Assembly: GCA_963772835.1 (NCBI GenBank) | Contig: CAVYYZ010000001.1 | Location: 1-64,000, forward strand | DNA length: 64,000 bases | Direction of reading: 5' to 3' | DNA from: an uncultured delta proteobacterium | Lineage (GTDB): Bacteria; Desulfobacterota; Desulfuromonadia; Geobacterales; Pseudopelobacteraceae | Shown here: positions 41,721 to 57,352 of the stretch, one piece after another | How positions within the stretch are numbered: position 1 is the stretch's first letter | Layout: every line of letters starts with the position of its first letter | The notes under the pieces: model-generated | The model's input: only the letters and a program-made list of their open reading frames with translations | Database searches by the model: none | What the model was told of the DNA's origin: nothing | Position numbers and translations under genes: made by a program

Positions 41721-43173
41721 ATGGCAAAAACTTCCCGCAAAACCAAAATAGTTGCGACTGTCGGTCCCGTAAGTTCATCTCCGGAGATGATTCTGAAGTT
41801 GATGCAGGCCGGTGTTGACATATTCAGGCTGAACTTTTCCCATGGCGAAAATTCTCAAAAACTGGAACTGATCAGGATCATACGGAGTGTTTCGGATAAA
41901 CTCGGCAGTCAGGTCGGTATTCTCGGTGATCTCCAGGGGCCGAAAATCAGGACCGGAAAGATGGCCGGTGACGGTATGCTCCTGACTAAAGGGGAGGAGG
42001 TTGTCATCACCACCGACAACGTGCTCGGCGGTGATGGCGTTATCCCGACGATTTATAAATCGTTGCCCCATGATGTGCACCCAGGTTCCAGAATTCTGCT
42101 GGATGACGGGTTACTCGAACTGAAAGTTGTTGCGCTTGAAGGTGAGCGGGTTCGCTGTCTGGTCGTCGCGGGAGGGGTTCTTAAAAACAACAAGGGGATC
42201 AATCTGCCGGGGGTTAATGTCTCTGCTCCCTGTCTCACAGAAAAAGACCTGGTAGACCTCGATTTTGCTCTTGATGCCGGAGTCGATTTTATCGCGCTCT
42301 CCTTTGTACGGACGGCTGAGGATATTGAAGAAATCAAAAGGCTGATTTCCGCCAGGGGGAAAGATACTCCGGTGGTCGCAAAAATAGAAAAGCCGGAGGC
42401 GCTTCGCAACTTCAAGAAAATTCTTGAAGCGACGGATGCCGTGATGGTAGCGCGTGGTGATCTGGGAGTCGAGATTGAACCGGAAAAGGTGCCGGTCTAT
42501 CAGAAGAAAATCATCCAGGCGTGCAACAAGGCTGGCAAGCCGGTTATCACCGCGACTCAGATGCTGGACTCCATGATCCGGAATCCGCGTCCAACGAGAG
42601 CTGAAACTTCAGACGTCGCCAATGCGATAATTGACGGCACCGATGCCATCATGCTTTCAGCCGAAACGGCTTCAGGCGATTTCCCTATTGAATCAGTGGA
42701 GACAATGGTTCGCATTGCCAAGGATGTTGAAAGTGCCGATCTGCACGTTGTTGATGGCCATTTCAAAGCAGTATCGACAACAGCCCAGGCGGTTGCCGAA
42801 TCGTCCTGCCGGACTGCCGCCATGCTCAAGGCAAAGGCAATTGCCGTATTTACGCGATCAGGAGGTACCGCCGCACTCATCTCAGCCTTTCGTCCGGCAA
42901 CGCAAATTATCGCATTTACCGCCTCGCCGGAAATCCGCCGCAGGTTGACTCATCTATTGGGGGGTACAGTGTACGGACGTTGGTATCATGGAAAATACCG
43001 ATCAGCAGATTCATGAAGTGGAGAAAAAACTACTGGCATCAGGTCTTCGCAATGGAGAACAGGTTGTAATTACCATGGGCATCCCCATTGAAACGCGCGG
43101 ATCAACAAATCTGATGAAAGTTCATACTCTCGGAACCCATGGTTTTTATGAGGTTTTTGAAGAGTCGAAATAG
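41721..43173 (+). CDS. pyk: Pyruvate kinase, frameshift near 42950
   Basis: RKTKIVATVGP, RLNFSHG, DLQGPKIR, AKIEK, MVARGDLGVE, ATQMLDSM, PTRAE. Confidence 0.96.
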
Positions 43174-43212
43174 CTGGTTCAATATTATTTTCATCCGATG
43201 GTCATTTTTATT

Positions 43213-43312
43213 TTGACAATGTCTTGAATGCTGTGTTAGAAAACGAGTCCCTTTTGAGACGGAAGTTTTCGGGGGGCGCGACAGAGAGAAAGTTGAGCTG
43301 GTCTTTGAAAAC
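43213..43312 (+). promoter_or_regulatory. rRNA operon promoter and boxA-like leader
   Basis: TTGACA at 43213, TG-TAGAAA -10; GGTCTTTGAAAACCGAATAGCAG is complementary to CTGCTATTCGGTTTTGAGAGACC after 16S (processing stem). Confidence 0.6.
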
Positions 43313-43390
43313 CGAATAGCAGTTGATAAGTGATTTGTAAATTTTTGCCAGAAGTAAATTTTTGAGATTAAGATATCGAACTTTCATAAT

Positions 43391-44957
<1,567 letters not shown>

Positions 44958-45109
44958 CTAGAAGGCTAGACCTTCCAAGCTTACCTAGGTCAAACCAAAT
45001 CACTTACAATCACTGCTATTCGGTTTTGAGAGACCAGAGTCTTCTCTGGTTTTTTGCTCTTTATAACTTTAGTGTGTTGATCGCTGAAAGCGATGAATCA
45101 CGATTTGAT

Positions 45110-45186
45110 GGGCTTGTAGCTCAGTTGGCTAGAGCACACGACTGATAATCGTGAGGTCGCTGGTTCGAGTCCATCCAGGCCCACCA
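45110..45186 (+). tRNA. tRNA-Ile(GAT)
   Basis: GGGCTTGTAGCTCAG...CTGATAA...GGTTCGAGTCC...CCCACCA. Confidence 0.96.
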
Positions 45187-45196
45187 ACCCTTTATT

Positions 45197-45272
45197 GGGG
45201 GTGTAGCTCAGCTGGGAGAGCACCTGCCTTGCACGCAGGGGGTCATCGGTTCGAACCCGTTCACCTCCACCA
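45197..45272 (+). tRNA. tRNA-Ala(TGC)
   Basis: GGGGGTGTAGCTCAG...CTTGCAC...GGTTCGAACCC...CTCCACCA. Confidence 0.96.
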
Positions 45273-45422
45273 ATAATTTGAGAAGATGGCTTTGATGCTG
45301 TCCTGATCAGAATAGTTCTTTGACAATTGCATAGTGGATAGTTTAGGTGGTAAGACGCATACTCAGTGCGTACGTTTTTACTTGAATTGTATTGAATTTG
45401 TAGATTGATTTCGATTTTTTAT

Positions 45423-48373
<2,951 letters not shown>

Positions 48374-48487
48374 TAAAAATGAAATACGGCCCGGGGAGGG
48401 GCAACCCTCCCCAGGTCGATATAAATCAAATCAAATCATACAAACCAAAAACTATCCATCCAACGCAATTGCCAGGAAATCATTTGG

Positions 48488-48550
48488 CGTGAACGTGAAA
48501 CATGAAACGTGAAAGGATAATCCCTTCACTCTTCACCTTCACACTCACCC
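48488..48550. repeat. Inverted 6-7-mer repeat arrays in the 23S-5S spacer
   Basis: CGTGAA-CGTGAAA-CATGAAA-CGTGAAA facing CTTCACT-CTTCAC-CTTCACA-CTCAC. Confidence 0.7.
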
Positions 48551-48559
48551 CTAAGAGTT

Positions 48560-48677
<118 letters not shown>

Positions 48678-48686
48678 ATTAATACA

Positions 48687-48723
48687 AAACGCCCCGCAAC
48701 CAGAAATGGATGCGGGGCGTTTT
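48687..48723 (+). terminator. rRNA operon terminator
   Basis: AAACGCCCCGCA...TGCGGGGCGTTTT. Confidence 0.8.
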
Positions 48724-48795
48724 ACGTTTATGATGAGTAAAAAATAGCCCCCCGGTGTTCGGAAGGCCATGCTTTTACGGGGTGTCGAACAGTAC

Positions 48796-49101
48796 TTATT
48801 TCAATATCGGTTTCGATTGTTTCCAGAAGATGCCGAGAACTTCACGCTCGTTTGCATTGAGCGTAACACCTTTCTTTTCCATTTCCTTCTGGATCAAGTT
48901 CATATTCTTTCCTGACGAAAGTGCGATATCGATTTTTTCTTTCGAATGGCATGATGTACACTTTTTGTCAATAATAGCATGAGCTTTGTGTGAGTTTCCT
49001 CCGGTAACATTTCCTAGATCATTTCTTTCCTCTGATGCCATGGCAAGTGAGGATAGTGATATAAAGCAACTTACAATAGTTATATATGTGGCTTGTTTCA
49101 T
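48796..49101 (-). CDS. Small monoheme c-type cytochrome
   Basis: Signal peptide and a single CTSCH (CxxCH) motif. Confidence 0.75.
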   Translation of the reverse strand: MKQATYITIVSCFISLSSLAMASEERNDLGNVTGGNSHKAHAIIDKKCTSCHSKEKIDIALSSGKNMNLIQKEMEKKGVTLNANEREVLGIFWKQSKPILK

Positions 49102-49166
49102 AAATCAACCTTCGTCATAATTTTATTCCATGTCAAGACGCTGTGATGCGTGTTCCACTCTGTGAG

Positions 49167-49664
49167 TTATTCTCTTACAAAAGTGTCCTGATCAGATTCA
49201 TGAACCATTCCCATGATATGAGCATACTCAGACTCTATCAAGTCGTAGTGCACTTGTGTTTCCTTAACGACCCGCTCAAAAACGGCTCTAACTGCTGGGT
49301 CTACTACGCCTTTTGCAAGTTGGGTGTACTGTCCTATACACTCCTTCTCCTCAATCAGTGCCAGCTCTAAGGCCCTTTGCTCAATCATGTCCTCGTTGAT
49401 TGCTTTTTCAAGCTTCATATAGGTCGGGTTTTTTGTATCAACGGGCGAATTCAGGCACGACGCCAGATCTCCAAACTCAGGACCCTTGTAATGAATAAAA
49501 AAAGCTTTGAGGTGCCCGACCTCTTCATTAGCAAGCAATTCAAGTGTCTTTTTTGTCCTTTCATTCTTGGCGACCGAGGCAGCTCTTCGATAAAAATCCA
49601 TGCTGTCCTTTTCAGCTTTAATAGCCAATCTGATAGCCTCTTGCAACGAATACTCTCTTCCCAT
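49167..49664 (-). CDS. Ferritin-like / rubrerythrin di-iron domain protein
   Basis: AIKAEKDSMDFY, LANEEVGH, ALIEEKECIGQY, KETQVH (two ExxH helices). Confidence 0.85.
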   Translation of the reverse strand: MGREYSLQEAIRLAIKAEKDSMDFYRRAASVAKNERTKKTLELLANEEVGHLKAFFIHYKGPEFGDLASCLNSPVDTKNPTYMKLEKAINEDMIEQRALELALIEEKECIGQYTQLAKGVVDPAVRAVFERVVKETQVHYDLIESEYAHIMGMVHESDQDTFVRE

Positions 49665-49789
49665 GTAAACCCTCCCGGTTATGTTTTCATGTACAGTATA
49701 TCCATTATAGCGGTTTGGTCAATATTTATGTGTTGAGTTTAAGTGTACAGAAATTGTTAGCGAGATGCATTAGTAAATACAAAATATAC

Positions 49790-49818
49790 TTGACATTCAT
49801 ATCGCTTGGACGTACATT
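49790..49818 (+). promoter_or_regulatory. Sigma70-type promoter
   Basis: TTGACA-17 bp-TACATT. Confidence 0.6.
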
Positions 49819-49875
49819 CTCATTAGAAAAATAGCGAAGTTTCTCATTAGTGACTGAGGATGATTCATATATTAT

Positions 49876-50691
49876 ATGAAAACTATTTATGTGCTTTCAG
49901 ATTCAACAGGTGAAACTGCGGAACGAGTAATTCGTGCAGCTCTCTCGCAGTTTTATGATGATGATGTACGTGTTCACCGCCTATTTAAAGTAAGCTCACA
50001 ATCTGACATACAACAGGCGCTTTCTATAGCGGTTCTTACCCCTGGTCTCGTTGTATATACTCTGGTTAATCCTGTCCTGTCAGAGGCGGTTGAGCGGGTC
50101 GCTGAGGAATGCGGGCTCATTACGGTGGATTTACTTAGTCCTCTTATCTACAGCCTGTCACGTTATCTGGGAGCACCCTCACGAGAAAAGCCCGGTTTAC
50201 TCCATCGAATTGATACTGATTATTATCGGAGAGTTGAGGCTGTTAATTTTACCGTTAAACATGATGATGGACAGGAAACAAGATATTTGCATAAGGCGGA
50301 TTTAGTACTTGTAGGAGTTTCCCGCTCTTCAAAAACACCCCTATCCATGTATCTTGCACATAAAGGATATAAGGTCGCAAACGTGCCGATAGTTTTTGGT
50401 ATTGCTTTGCCTGATGAGTTGTTCGAAATTGATCAGACTAAGATTGTCGGTCTGTTGATTGATCCGAAAAGGCTGGTCGAGATTCGTACATCCAGATTAA
50501 TTAACATGCGGCAAAGTCCACGTGGCAGTTATAATGACTATCAGCAGGTAGAAGATGAAATATCTGCGTGCAGGCAGTTGTACAGAAAACATCCGGAATG
50601 GTATGTTTTAAATATAACTAATAAGTCTGTAGAGGAAGCAGCATCCGAAATTATGAGACGCATGGAGATGAAGGCCGGCGCTGAATATTAA
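49876..50691 (+). CDS. Pyruvate,phosphate/water dikinase regulatory protein (DUF299 kinase/pyrophosphorylase)
   Basis: SDSTGETAE, FTVKHDDG, LVGVSRSSKTPLSMYLA, KSVEE. Confidence 0.92.
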   Translation: MKTIYVLSDSTGETAERVIRAALSQFYDDDVRVHRLFKVSSQSDIQQALSIAVLTPGLVVYTLVNPVLSEAVERVAEECGLITVDLLSPLIYSLSRYLGAPSREKPGLLHRIDTDYYRRVEAVNFTVKHDDGQETRYLHKADLVLVGVSRSSKTPLSMYLAHKGYKVANVPIVFGIALPDELFEIDQTKIVGLLIDPKRLVEIRTSRLINMRQSPRGSYNDYQQVEDEISACRQLYRKHPEWYVLNITNKSVEEAASEIMRRMEMKAGAEY

Positions 50692-50727
50692 CAATTCTGT
50701 TGAATGCCATCTAAAAAGGAGATTGAG

Positions 50728-51399
50728 ATGAGAATTCTTATCGTTGAAGATGAAAAAAAAGTTGCCAGTTTTATTAAAAGAGGACTCGAAGATGACGGTT
50801 TTCAGGTTACACTCAGCTATGACGGAGCTGATGGTCTTAAGCGTGCAAGCAGTGGTGAATTTGACCTGGTCATTCTTGATTGTATGCTTCCTAAGAAGGA
50901 TGGTTTAAGTGTGTTGCATGAATTGCGTGAGTCAGGTTCTCAACTTCCTGTATTGATGCTTACCGCTAAATCTGAAACGTCGGATGTTGTTTCAGGTCTT
51001 GATGCAGGTGCTGATGATTATTTGGCAAAACCGTTTGCTTTTGCCGAACTTCAGGCCAGAGTAAGAGCCCTCATCAGACGGAGTGAACAGGATCGCGGGG
51101 CTGAGATTCGTTTTGCTGATTTACGGCTTGACCCTGTTAACCATAAGGTCTGGAGAGGCCAGGCCGAGATAGTTCTGACTGCAAAAGAATATAACCTTCT
51201 GGCATATATGGTTCGAAATGCCGGTAACGTTCTTTCTCGCGCAAATATTGCTGATAACTGCTGGGAGTATCCGTTTGAAACATTCACAAATATTATTGAC
51301 GTATATATAAATTACCTCAGGAAGAAAGTTGATGGCAAGTTTCCAACTAAACTTATTCACACTGTTCGCGGTCAGGGCTACATTCTGAAAGAAGGGTAG
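50728..51399 (+). CDS. OmpR/CusR-family response regulator (no adjacent kinase)
   Basis: RILIVEDE, LVILD.MLP, GADDYLAKPF, DVYINYLRKK, IHTVRGQGY. Confidence 0.92.
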   Translation: MRILIVEDEKKVASFIKRGLEDDGFQVTLSYDGADGLKRASSGEFDLVILDCMLPKKDGLSVLHELRESGSQLPVLMLTAKSETSDVVSGLDAGADDYLAKPFAFAELQARVRALIRRSEQDRGAEIRFADLRLDPVNHKVWRGQAEIVLTAKEYNLLAYMVRNAGNVLSRANIADNCWEYPFETFTNIIDVYINYLRKKVDGKFPTKLIHTVRGQGYILKEG

Positions 51400-51525
51400 A
51401 TGGAGTTGATTTTTCCGGATTGATTGTTTATTTTACATACGGAAACAGTCAGGGGCGGTGTCGTGGCTTATGCGATCCGCCCTTGCATGTTAAACCAATC
51501 TTTCATGATAATTGGGAGGTCAGTT

Positions 51526-52944
51526 ATGTTATTAAAGAGATTGTTTTCGGTTAATATTCTGGTCATAGGTATAGTTTTTGCGCTATCTACGCCACATACC
51601 TCTTCAGCAAAGGCAGTAAGTCCCGATTTTGTTGTTCTTGCAAAAAAACTAAATCCGACAGTCGTCAACATCCGCACGGCTAAAAATATAAAGCCGCAGC
51701 AGCGCCTCAAGCGCCCGCAGCAGCAAAACCCGTTCGGTAACAATTTCTTAGATGATTTTTTTAACAGGTATTTTGATGAAATGCCTCAACAGAGGCCGCA
51801 TCGTGAACAGAGCCTCGGTACCGGTTTTATTATCAGTCCGGATGGATATATTCTGACCAACAACCATGTCGTGACAGGTGCTGACGAAGTGATGGTTAAA
51901 TTATCCGACGGCAGAGAAGTCAAGGCGGAGATAAAGGGGGCGGACGAAAAGGTTGACCTTGCTCTGATCAAGATCAGTGAAAAGGAGCAACTTCCTTTTG
52001 CTGAACTTGGGGACAGTGATACTCTCGACGTTGGCGAATGGGTTATGGCCATCGGCAACCCTTTCGGACTGTCTCACACCGTTACGGCCGGCATCGTAAG
52101 TGCCAAGGGGCGGGTCATTGGAAACGGCCCGTACGATGATTTTATTCAAACGGATGCTTCTATTAATCCCGGAAATTCCGGAGGGCCGCTCTTTAACGCG
52201 GAAGGTCTCGTAATCGGCGTAAATACAGCCATTATTGCCGGAGGAGGTGGAGGCATTGGATTCGCCATTCCGGTAAATATGGCTAAGATGATCGTCAACC
52301 AGTTGCGAGAATCCGGTATAGTGACCAGAGGATATCTCGGAGTGCGTTTTCAGTCGCTTACAACTGATCTGGCCAAATCATTTGGTCTCGAATCTGATAA
52401 GGGTGCCTTGATTTCTTTCGTTGAAAAGGACACTCCAGCAGAAAAAGCAGGGCTCAGGGCGGGGGATGTGGTTGTTGAATATGATGGCAAACAGATTAAT
52501 GAGGGGAGTGAACTGCCTCGATATGTTGCCGCAACTCCGGTTGAGAAAAAAGTCAGAATTGTAATTTACCGCGATGGAGTCAAACATGATATTTCGCTTG
52601 TTGTTGGCAAACTGAAAGATAAAAATGCTGACAGAGGCCCGGACAACGGCAAGGAAAGCGACAGGATCGGAGTTACTGTTGAAGAAATAAGGAAGGATCT
52701 TGCCGATCGTTTCGGTCTTGCAGACAATAAGGGGTTAGTCATTACTGAGATTAAAGCCGGATCTACAGCAGAAGAAGCTGGTGTGACTGCCGGTTCTGTC
52801 ATCATTGAGATTAATGGAAGCCGGCCTGAAACTATTAATTCGTACAACGCCATTGTCAGCAGACTTAAAAAGAGTGAAGTTATGCGACTTCTCCTTCGAC
52901 GCCCAGACGGTACCGTGCATTATGTCGCTTTGAAAGTTGAGTAG
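51526..52944 (+). CDS. DegP/DegQ (HtrA) serine protease with two PDZ domains
   Basis: Signal peptide, GTGFII, TNNHV, IQTDASINPGNSGGPL. Confidence 0.95.
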   Translation: MLLKRLFSVNILVIGIVFALSTPHTSSAKAVSPDFVVLAKKLNPTVVNIRTAKNIKPQQRLKRPQQQNPFGNNFLDDFFNRYFDEMPQQRPHREQSLGTGFIISPDGYILTNNHVVTGADEVMVKLSDGREVKAEIKGADEKVDLALIKISEKEQLPFAELGDSDTLDVGEWVMAIGNPFGLSHTVTAGIVSAKGRVIGNGPYDDFIQTDASINPGNSGGPLFNAEGLVIGVNTAIIAGGGGGIGFAIPVNMAKMIVNQLRESGIVTRGYLGVRFQSLTTDLAKSFGLESDKGALISFVEKDTPAEKAGLRAGDVVVEYDGKQINEGSELPRYVAATPVEKKVRIVIYRDGVKHDISLVVGKLKDKNADRGPDNGKESDRIGVTVEEIRKDLADRFGLADNKGLVITEIKAGSTAEEAGVTAGSVIIEINGSRPETINSYNAIVSRLKKSEVMRLLLRRPDGTVHYVALKVE

Positions 52945-52988
52945 TATACCAAGGCTGTTTTAGAATCCGTCTTGGTTTTGAGGAACTT

Positions 52989-53963
52989 ATGTCCGCCCGT
53001 TATATGCAGCCACTGCGAATTCTGGTACAATGCGCATTCATTGGTTTTATGGTCTGGCTTGGGCTCTGCTTTTACCAGTTCGTGCATGTTGTCAGTTCCG
53101 GAATTAAGGGAGACATAGCTGTTCGTCCGGATGGTATTGATGGATTTCTCCCTATTTCCGGCCTGTTGGGAACAGCCTCCTGGATAAAAGGGGGAGGTAT
53201 TAATTCAGTACACCCTGCCGCGGTTATTATCTTCGTAACGGTTGTTCTTGTTTCACTCCTGTTGCGTCGTTCCTTCTGCTCATGGATCTGCCCGGTTGCG
53301 ATTATATCCGAGTGCGCCTGGAAGACGGGCTTTCGTCTGATGCTACGCAACCCGCGACTACCTGCATGGATGGACGCCGGATTTCGGAGTCTGAAATATT
53401 TGCTGATGGTTTTTTTTGTTTATTTTATTGGTATTGCAATGTCGTCGGACGCGCTCATTCGATTTATTCAATCAGATTACCATATGATAGCGGACGTACG
53501 GCTGTTGAACTTTTTTCTGCATATATCACCGTTGGCGTTGGTGATTATTTTGGTGTTGGTGCTTTTATCCGTTGTTCTGCGTAATCCATTCTGCAGGTAT
53601 CTCTGCCCATACGGAGCTCTGCTAGGTCTGGCAGCCACACTCTCACCCCTGCGTGTGACCAGAAATAGTGACCGTTGCGTAGAGTGTGGAGTCTGTAGTC
53701 AGGTCTGTCCAGCTTACATAGACGTCATGCACAAAACGAGTGTAGTTTCTCCCGAATGTATTGCCTGCTGGAGATGTATCAGCCATTGTCGGTTCAATGA
53801 AGCACTTACAATGCGGGCTTTCCGACGTTTTGCGGTTCCGGGGTTTGTTTTTGCCGCTCTGGTGCTGCTGTTTTTTTTGAGTGGGTCAATAATCGGCAAG
53901 ATAAACGGGTATTGGCACAGCGCCATATCACTGGAAGAATATGTCCGACTATTGGGCAAGTAA
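52989..53963 (+). CDS. Membrane-bound 4Fe-4S-binding protein (NapH/YccM-like)
   Basis: FCSWICP, FCRYLCP, CVECGVCSQVCP, CIACWRCISHC, TM helices. Confidence 0.85.
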   Translation: MSARYMQPLRILVQCAFIGFMVWLGLCFYQFVHVVSSGIKGDIAVRPDGIDGFLPISGLLGTASWIKGGGINSVHPAAVIIFVTVVLVSLLLRRSFCSWICPVAIISECAWKTGFRLMLRNPRLPAWMDAGFRSLKYLLMVFFVYFIGIAMSSDALIRFIQSDYHMIADVRLLNFFLHISPLALVIILVLVLLSVVLRNPFCRYLCPYGALLGLAATLSPLRVTRNSDRCVECGVCSQVCPAYIDVMHKTSVVSPECIACWRCISHCRFNEALTMRAFRRFAVPGFVFAALVLLFFLSGSIIGKINGYWHSAISLEEYVRLLGK

Positions 53964-53982
53964 CTAAAAAGGGAAAATTATT

Positions 53983-55152
53983 ATGGGCGTATATGCCAAC
54001 ACTGTAAGTATTACTCAGTTCGCTATAGCGGGCGAATTGCCAAAAACAGACCAATATCAGTGGTTTTCTAAAAAACTTGCTGACCGTGGCTTTCAGTCAA
54101 TAGAAAATTCCACCGAAGAATCTGCTGAGGGTTGGACGCTGGTTGACAAGCCGGATGAAGCAACTTTTGATGTGCCATCTGATTTCTGGCGCGATAATTT
54201 TGTCGTATTTTCTCTTCGCAGGGATCAGCGGAAAATACCATCAGCTGTTCTTAAATCTCACACGGCACGGGAGGAGAGTGCCTTTCTGTCCCAGAACCCG
54301 AATCTGAGACGAACACCAAAACATAAACGTGAGGAGATTAAGGAGCAGGCACAACTGCGTCTTATGACGAGGTGCCTTCCTGTTCCTTCTTCTGTAGATG
54401 TTGTGTGGGATCAGAAGAGCGGAGTACTTACGCTTTACAGCCTCGGATCGAAAGTTATCGAGCGCTTTGAAGATATCTTCCGTAAAACCTTCGAAGGATT
54501 CAGCCCTGTTATAGTTCATCCGTTTGCGCGGGCTCGAACCTTACTGGAAGGCCAACTGCTGGATTCATTGGAGGCAGCAAATCAGGCCGGTTCGGATGCT
54601 GTTGTCTCCTTAATTCGTGAGAACCAGTGGCTTGGGTATGAATTTTTGTTATGGCTTCTTCAGCGTGGAGTAAACGGAGAGGGTGAATTCTCGGTTTGTC
54701 GACCCGGTCACCTTGTGAACGGCGAGAAATTTTCCGCCTGGATTGATGACAGGATTCAATTCCAGGGTGGTGGTGAAGAGGGTGGAATTCAGAAAGTCAC
54801 GGTTTCAGGTTCACAGGATAGTTACCTTGAGGCCATATCCGCCCTGAAAGGTGGTAAACGGATTACCAGCGCAACGATTTGCATGGAAAAGGACGAGAAC
54901 CCCTGGAAATTGACACTCAAAGGTGATACGTTCGGCTTTTCATCTTTTAAATGTCCACAGGTGCGTGTTGAAAAAGATTCTACCGTCGATCAGATGAGTG
55001 AGCGTGAAGCGGTTTTTTATGAACGGATGTTCCTCATGGACCAGGGGTTGCAGCTGTTTGACAGTTTATTTACAACGTTTCTTTCCGAGCGTCTGACAGA
55101 TGCATGGAACGGACGCTTGCAGGCGATCCAAGCCTGGTTGAACGGGGAGTAG
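53983..55152 (+). CDS. RdgC-like protein
   Basis: FQSIE...EGW, FSLRRDQRKIPSAVLK, FEDIFRKTF, LGYEFLLWL. Confidence 0.6.
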   Translation: MGVYANTVSITQFAIAGELPKTDQYQWFSKKLADRGFQSIENSTEESAEGWTLVDKPDEATFDVPSDFWRDNFVVFSLRRDQRKIPSAVLKSHTAREESAFLSQNPNLRRTPKHKREEIKEQAQLRLMTRCLPVPSSVDVVWDQKSGVLTLYSLGSKVIERFEDIFRKTFEGFSPVIVHPFARARTLLEGQLLDSLEAANQAGSDAVVSLIRENQWLGYEFLLWLLQRGVNGEGEFSVCRPGHLVNGEKFSAWIDDRIQFQGGGEEGGIQKVTVSGSQDSYLEAISALKGGKRITSATICMEKDENPWKLTLKGDTFGFSSFKCPQVRVEKDSTVDQMSEREAVFYERMFLMDQGLQLFDSLFTTFLSERLTDAWNGRLQAIQAWLNGE

Positions 55153-55156
55153 TTAG

Positions 55157-56173
55157 ATGAAATTTATCGATGAAGTAACATTGTTTGCATCTTCAGGTCA
55201 TGGTGGCGCCGGATGTGTCGCATTCCGGCACGAAAAGTTTATTGAATTCGGCGGACCAAGCGGAGGTGACGGCGGTAAGGGTGGCGATGTCATTTTCGAA
55301 GCAATATCTGGGCTTTCAACATTATTGGAGCTTCGCCACCGGCCCCATCAAAAGGCTGAGAACGGTCATAACGGCATGGGTAAAAACCGCCATGGTGCGG
55401 GTGGAAGGGATCTGCTTATCAAGGTGCCGGTTGGAACGGTTGTCAAAGATGCGGAGAACGATGATATCCTGGCGGATCTGACGGAAAACGGTCAGCGTGT
55501 GATTCTGCTGAAGGGGGGCAGGGGAGGCCAAGGAAACGCCCGATTTGCGTCAGCCACCAACAAGGCACCGAAGTTTGCCCAACCGGGAGAAGAACATGAA
55601 GAGCGGAAGCTCCGATTGGAGCTGAAACTGATGGCTGATGTCGGGCTTCTCGGATTACCTAATGCTGGTAAATCATCGCTAATCAGCAAGATTTCCGCTG
55701 CCCGCCCCAAGATTGCTGATTATCCCTTTACCACCATGGTTCCTTCCCTTGGCGTCGTGCCGTATAAGAATTATAAATCCTTCGTTATGGCCGATATTCC
55801 AGGCATCATCGAAGGGGCCAATGAGGGCGCTGGACTGGGGCATCGTTTTCTTAAACATCTCGAGCGATCAGGTATTCTTCTGCACCTGGTTGATATTTCC
55901 TGGATGCCTGAACGGGATCCACGTGCTGAATTTGAATCAATAAATCGAGAGTTAGCACTTTTCAGCCCCGAACTGGCTTCAAAGGAACAAATTGTTGTTA
56001 TTACTAAAATCGATCTTCCGCAGACAAGGGAAGAACTCTCTGCAATCAAAACCTGGTTCGAGGGTAAGGGAGTCACCGTATTTCCAATTTCCTCTGCAAC
56101 TGGTGAAAATGTTGATCTGCTGCTGGATGAAATTGCCCGTCGATTGTGGGGTCCTCCGGAAGAGGTGTGGTGA
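55157..56173 (+). CDS. obgE: GTPase ObgE/CgtA
   Basis: MKFIDEV, Gly-rich Obg fold, [29 protein letters not shown]. Confidence 0.97.
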   Translation: MKFIDEVTLFASSGHGGAGCVAFRHEKFIEFGGPSGGDGGKGGDVIFEAISGLSTLLELRHRPHQKAENGHNGMGKNRHGAGGRDLLIKVPVGTVVKDAENDDILADLTENGQRVILLKGGRGGQGNARFASATNKAPKFAQPGEEHEERKLRLELKLMADVGLLGLPNAGKSSLISKISAARPKIADYPFTTMVPSLGVVPYKNYKSFVMADIPGIIEGANEGAGLGHRFLKHLERSGILLHLVDISWMPERDPRAEFESINRELALFSPELASKEQIVVITKIDLPQTREELSAIKTWFEGKGVTVFPISSATGENVDLLLDEIARRLWGPPEEVW

Positions 56174-57294
56174 TGCGTAAGGAAGTAATTAAATCAGTTA
56201 AGCGGGTTGTTATAAAAATCGGGAGCAGAGTGCTCACAGATTCAAGTGGTGCACTTGATATGTCGGTCATAGGTGAAATCTGTGATGAAATTGCGATGTT
56301 GCGTCATCAGGGTTTGGAGATCATTGTTGTCTCATCCGGTGCTATTGCGGCGGGCAGAAGCGAACTGGGTCTGAAAGATAAACCGCGGACCATCCCTCAT
56401 AAACAGGCTGCCGCAGCAGTAGGCCAGACCCGCCTGATGCAGGCGTATGAAAAATCGTTGGCCCCTCAAGGTTTTAAAGTTGCACAGGTTCTTTTAACCA
56501 GTGAAGATCTGGGAAGCCGTCAGCGCTTTCTTAATGCCCGTGCAACTCTGGATGCATTGCTTGGTTTTGGAATTATCCCGATTATCAACGAAAATGATAC
56601 GGTTGTTGTTGACGAGATCAAGTTCGGTGACAATGACAATCTCTCAGCACTTGTAACGAACGTTGCCGAAGCACATCTGCTCCTGATATTGACCGATATT
56701 GAGGGATTCTTCAGCGCAGATCCGCACACCCATCCGGAGGCCACTCTGGTCCCTCTCATCAAGGCGGTTACACGTGAGGTTGAGCGTGCTGCCGGTGATT
56801 CAGGGTCAGCTGTCGGCACAGGAGGAATGGCGACAAAGGTGGCTGCCGCCAAGAAAGCCGGTAAAAATGGTGTTGCAACCATTATGGTTTCGGGAAAGAG
56901 ACGGGGAGTTATTGTCGCAGCATTACAGGGCGAGGAAGTCGGAACCCTGTTTCTTCCTTCCGGGATTGGAATTAATCGTAGAAAACACTGGATTGCCTAT
57001 ACCCTGCGGCCATCAGGGAGAATAATTGTGGATGATGGTGCCCGGAATGCGTTGGTGAAGAAAGGCAAGAGCCTTCTTCCCTCCGGCATTGTTCGGGTGG
57101 AAGGCCGGTTCGAACGTGGGGCGTGTGTCAGACTGTGTGGATTGGATGGCATTGAGTTTGCCCGTGGTTTGTCTGACTATTCAAGCGGTGAATCAACCCG
57201 GCTCGCTGGCTGCAAGAGTTCGGAAATAGAGGGAATATTGGGATATCACTACGGCGATGTGATTTTTCATCGAGACAATCTGGTTTTACTCTAG
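56173..57294 (+). CDS. proB: Glutamate 5-kinase with PUA domain
   Basis: [46 protein letters not shown]. Confidence 0.96.
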   Translation: MRKEVIKSVKRVVIKIGSRVLTDSSGALDMSVIGEICDEIAMLRHQGLEIIVVSSGAIAAGRSELGLKDKPRTIPHKQAAAAVGQTRLMQAYEKSLAPQGFKVAQVLLTSEDLGSRQRFLNARATLDALLGFGIIPIINENDTVVVDEIKFGDNDNLSALVTNVAEAHLLLILTDIEGFFSADPHTHPEATLVPLIKAVTREVERAAGDSGSAVGTGGMATKVAAAKKAGKNGVATIMVSGKRRGVIVAALQGEEVGTLFLPSGIGINRRKHWIAYTLRPSGRIIVDDGARNALVKKGKSLLPSGIVRVEGRFERGACVRLCGLDGIEFARGLSDYSSGESTRLAGCKSSEIEGILGYHYGDVIFHRDNLVLL

Positions 57295-57352
57295 AAGTGC
57301 CGTAACTCCTGAAAAATGAAATTATAGTGTCCGTATGTAACAACCGGTGTCG

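Noticed and set aside
72..43173. More than 20 frameshifted genes as pseudogenes or programmed frameshifts
   Set aside because: The indels hit core genes in both organisms (trxB, trpG, recN, nifS, lpdA, pyk), show no shared slippery motif and come without in-frame nonsense decay; this is typical of low-coverage long-read error
45110..45272. T-stem mismatches in tRNA-Ile (GCTGG/CCATC) and tRNA-Ala (ATCGG/CCGTT) as signs of pseudo-tRNAs or chimerism
   Set aside because: Single mismatches in otherwise perfect CCA-ending tRNAs; cannot be distinguished from natural variation or base-call error
48744..48795. TAGCCCCCCGGTG resembling the 17166 element, or a 6S-like ncRNA start
   Set aside because: Too short, lacks a second arm, and is adequately explained as the terminator region of the convergent cytochrome gene
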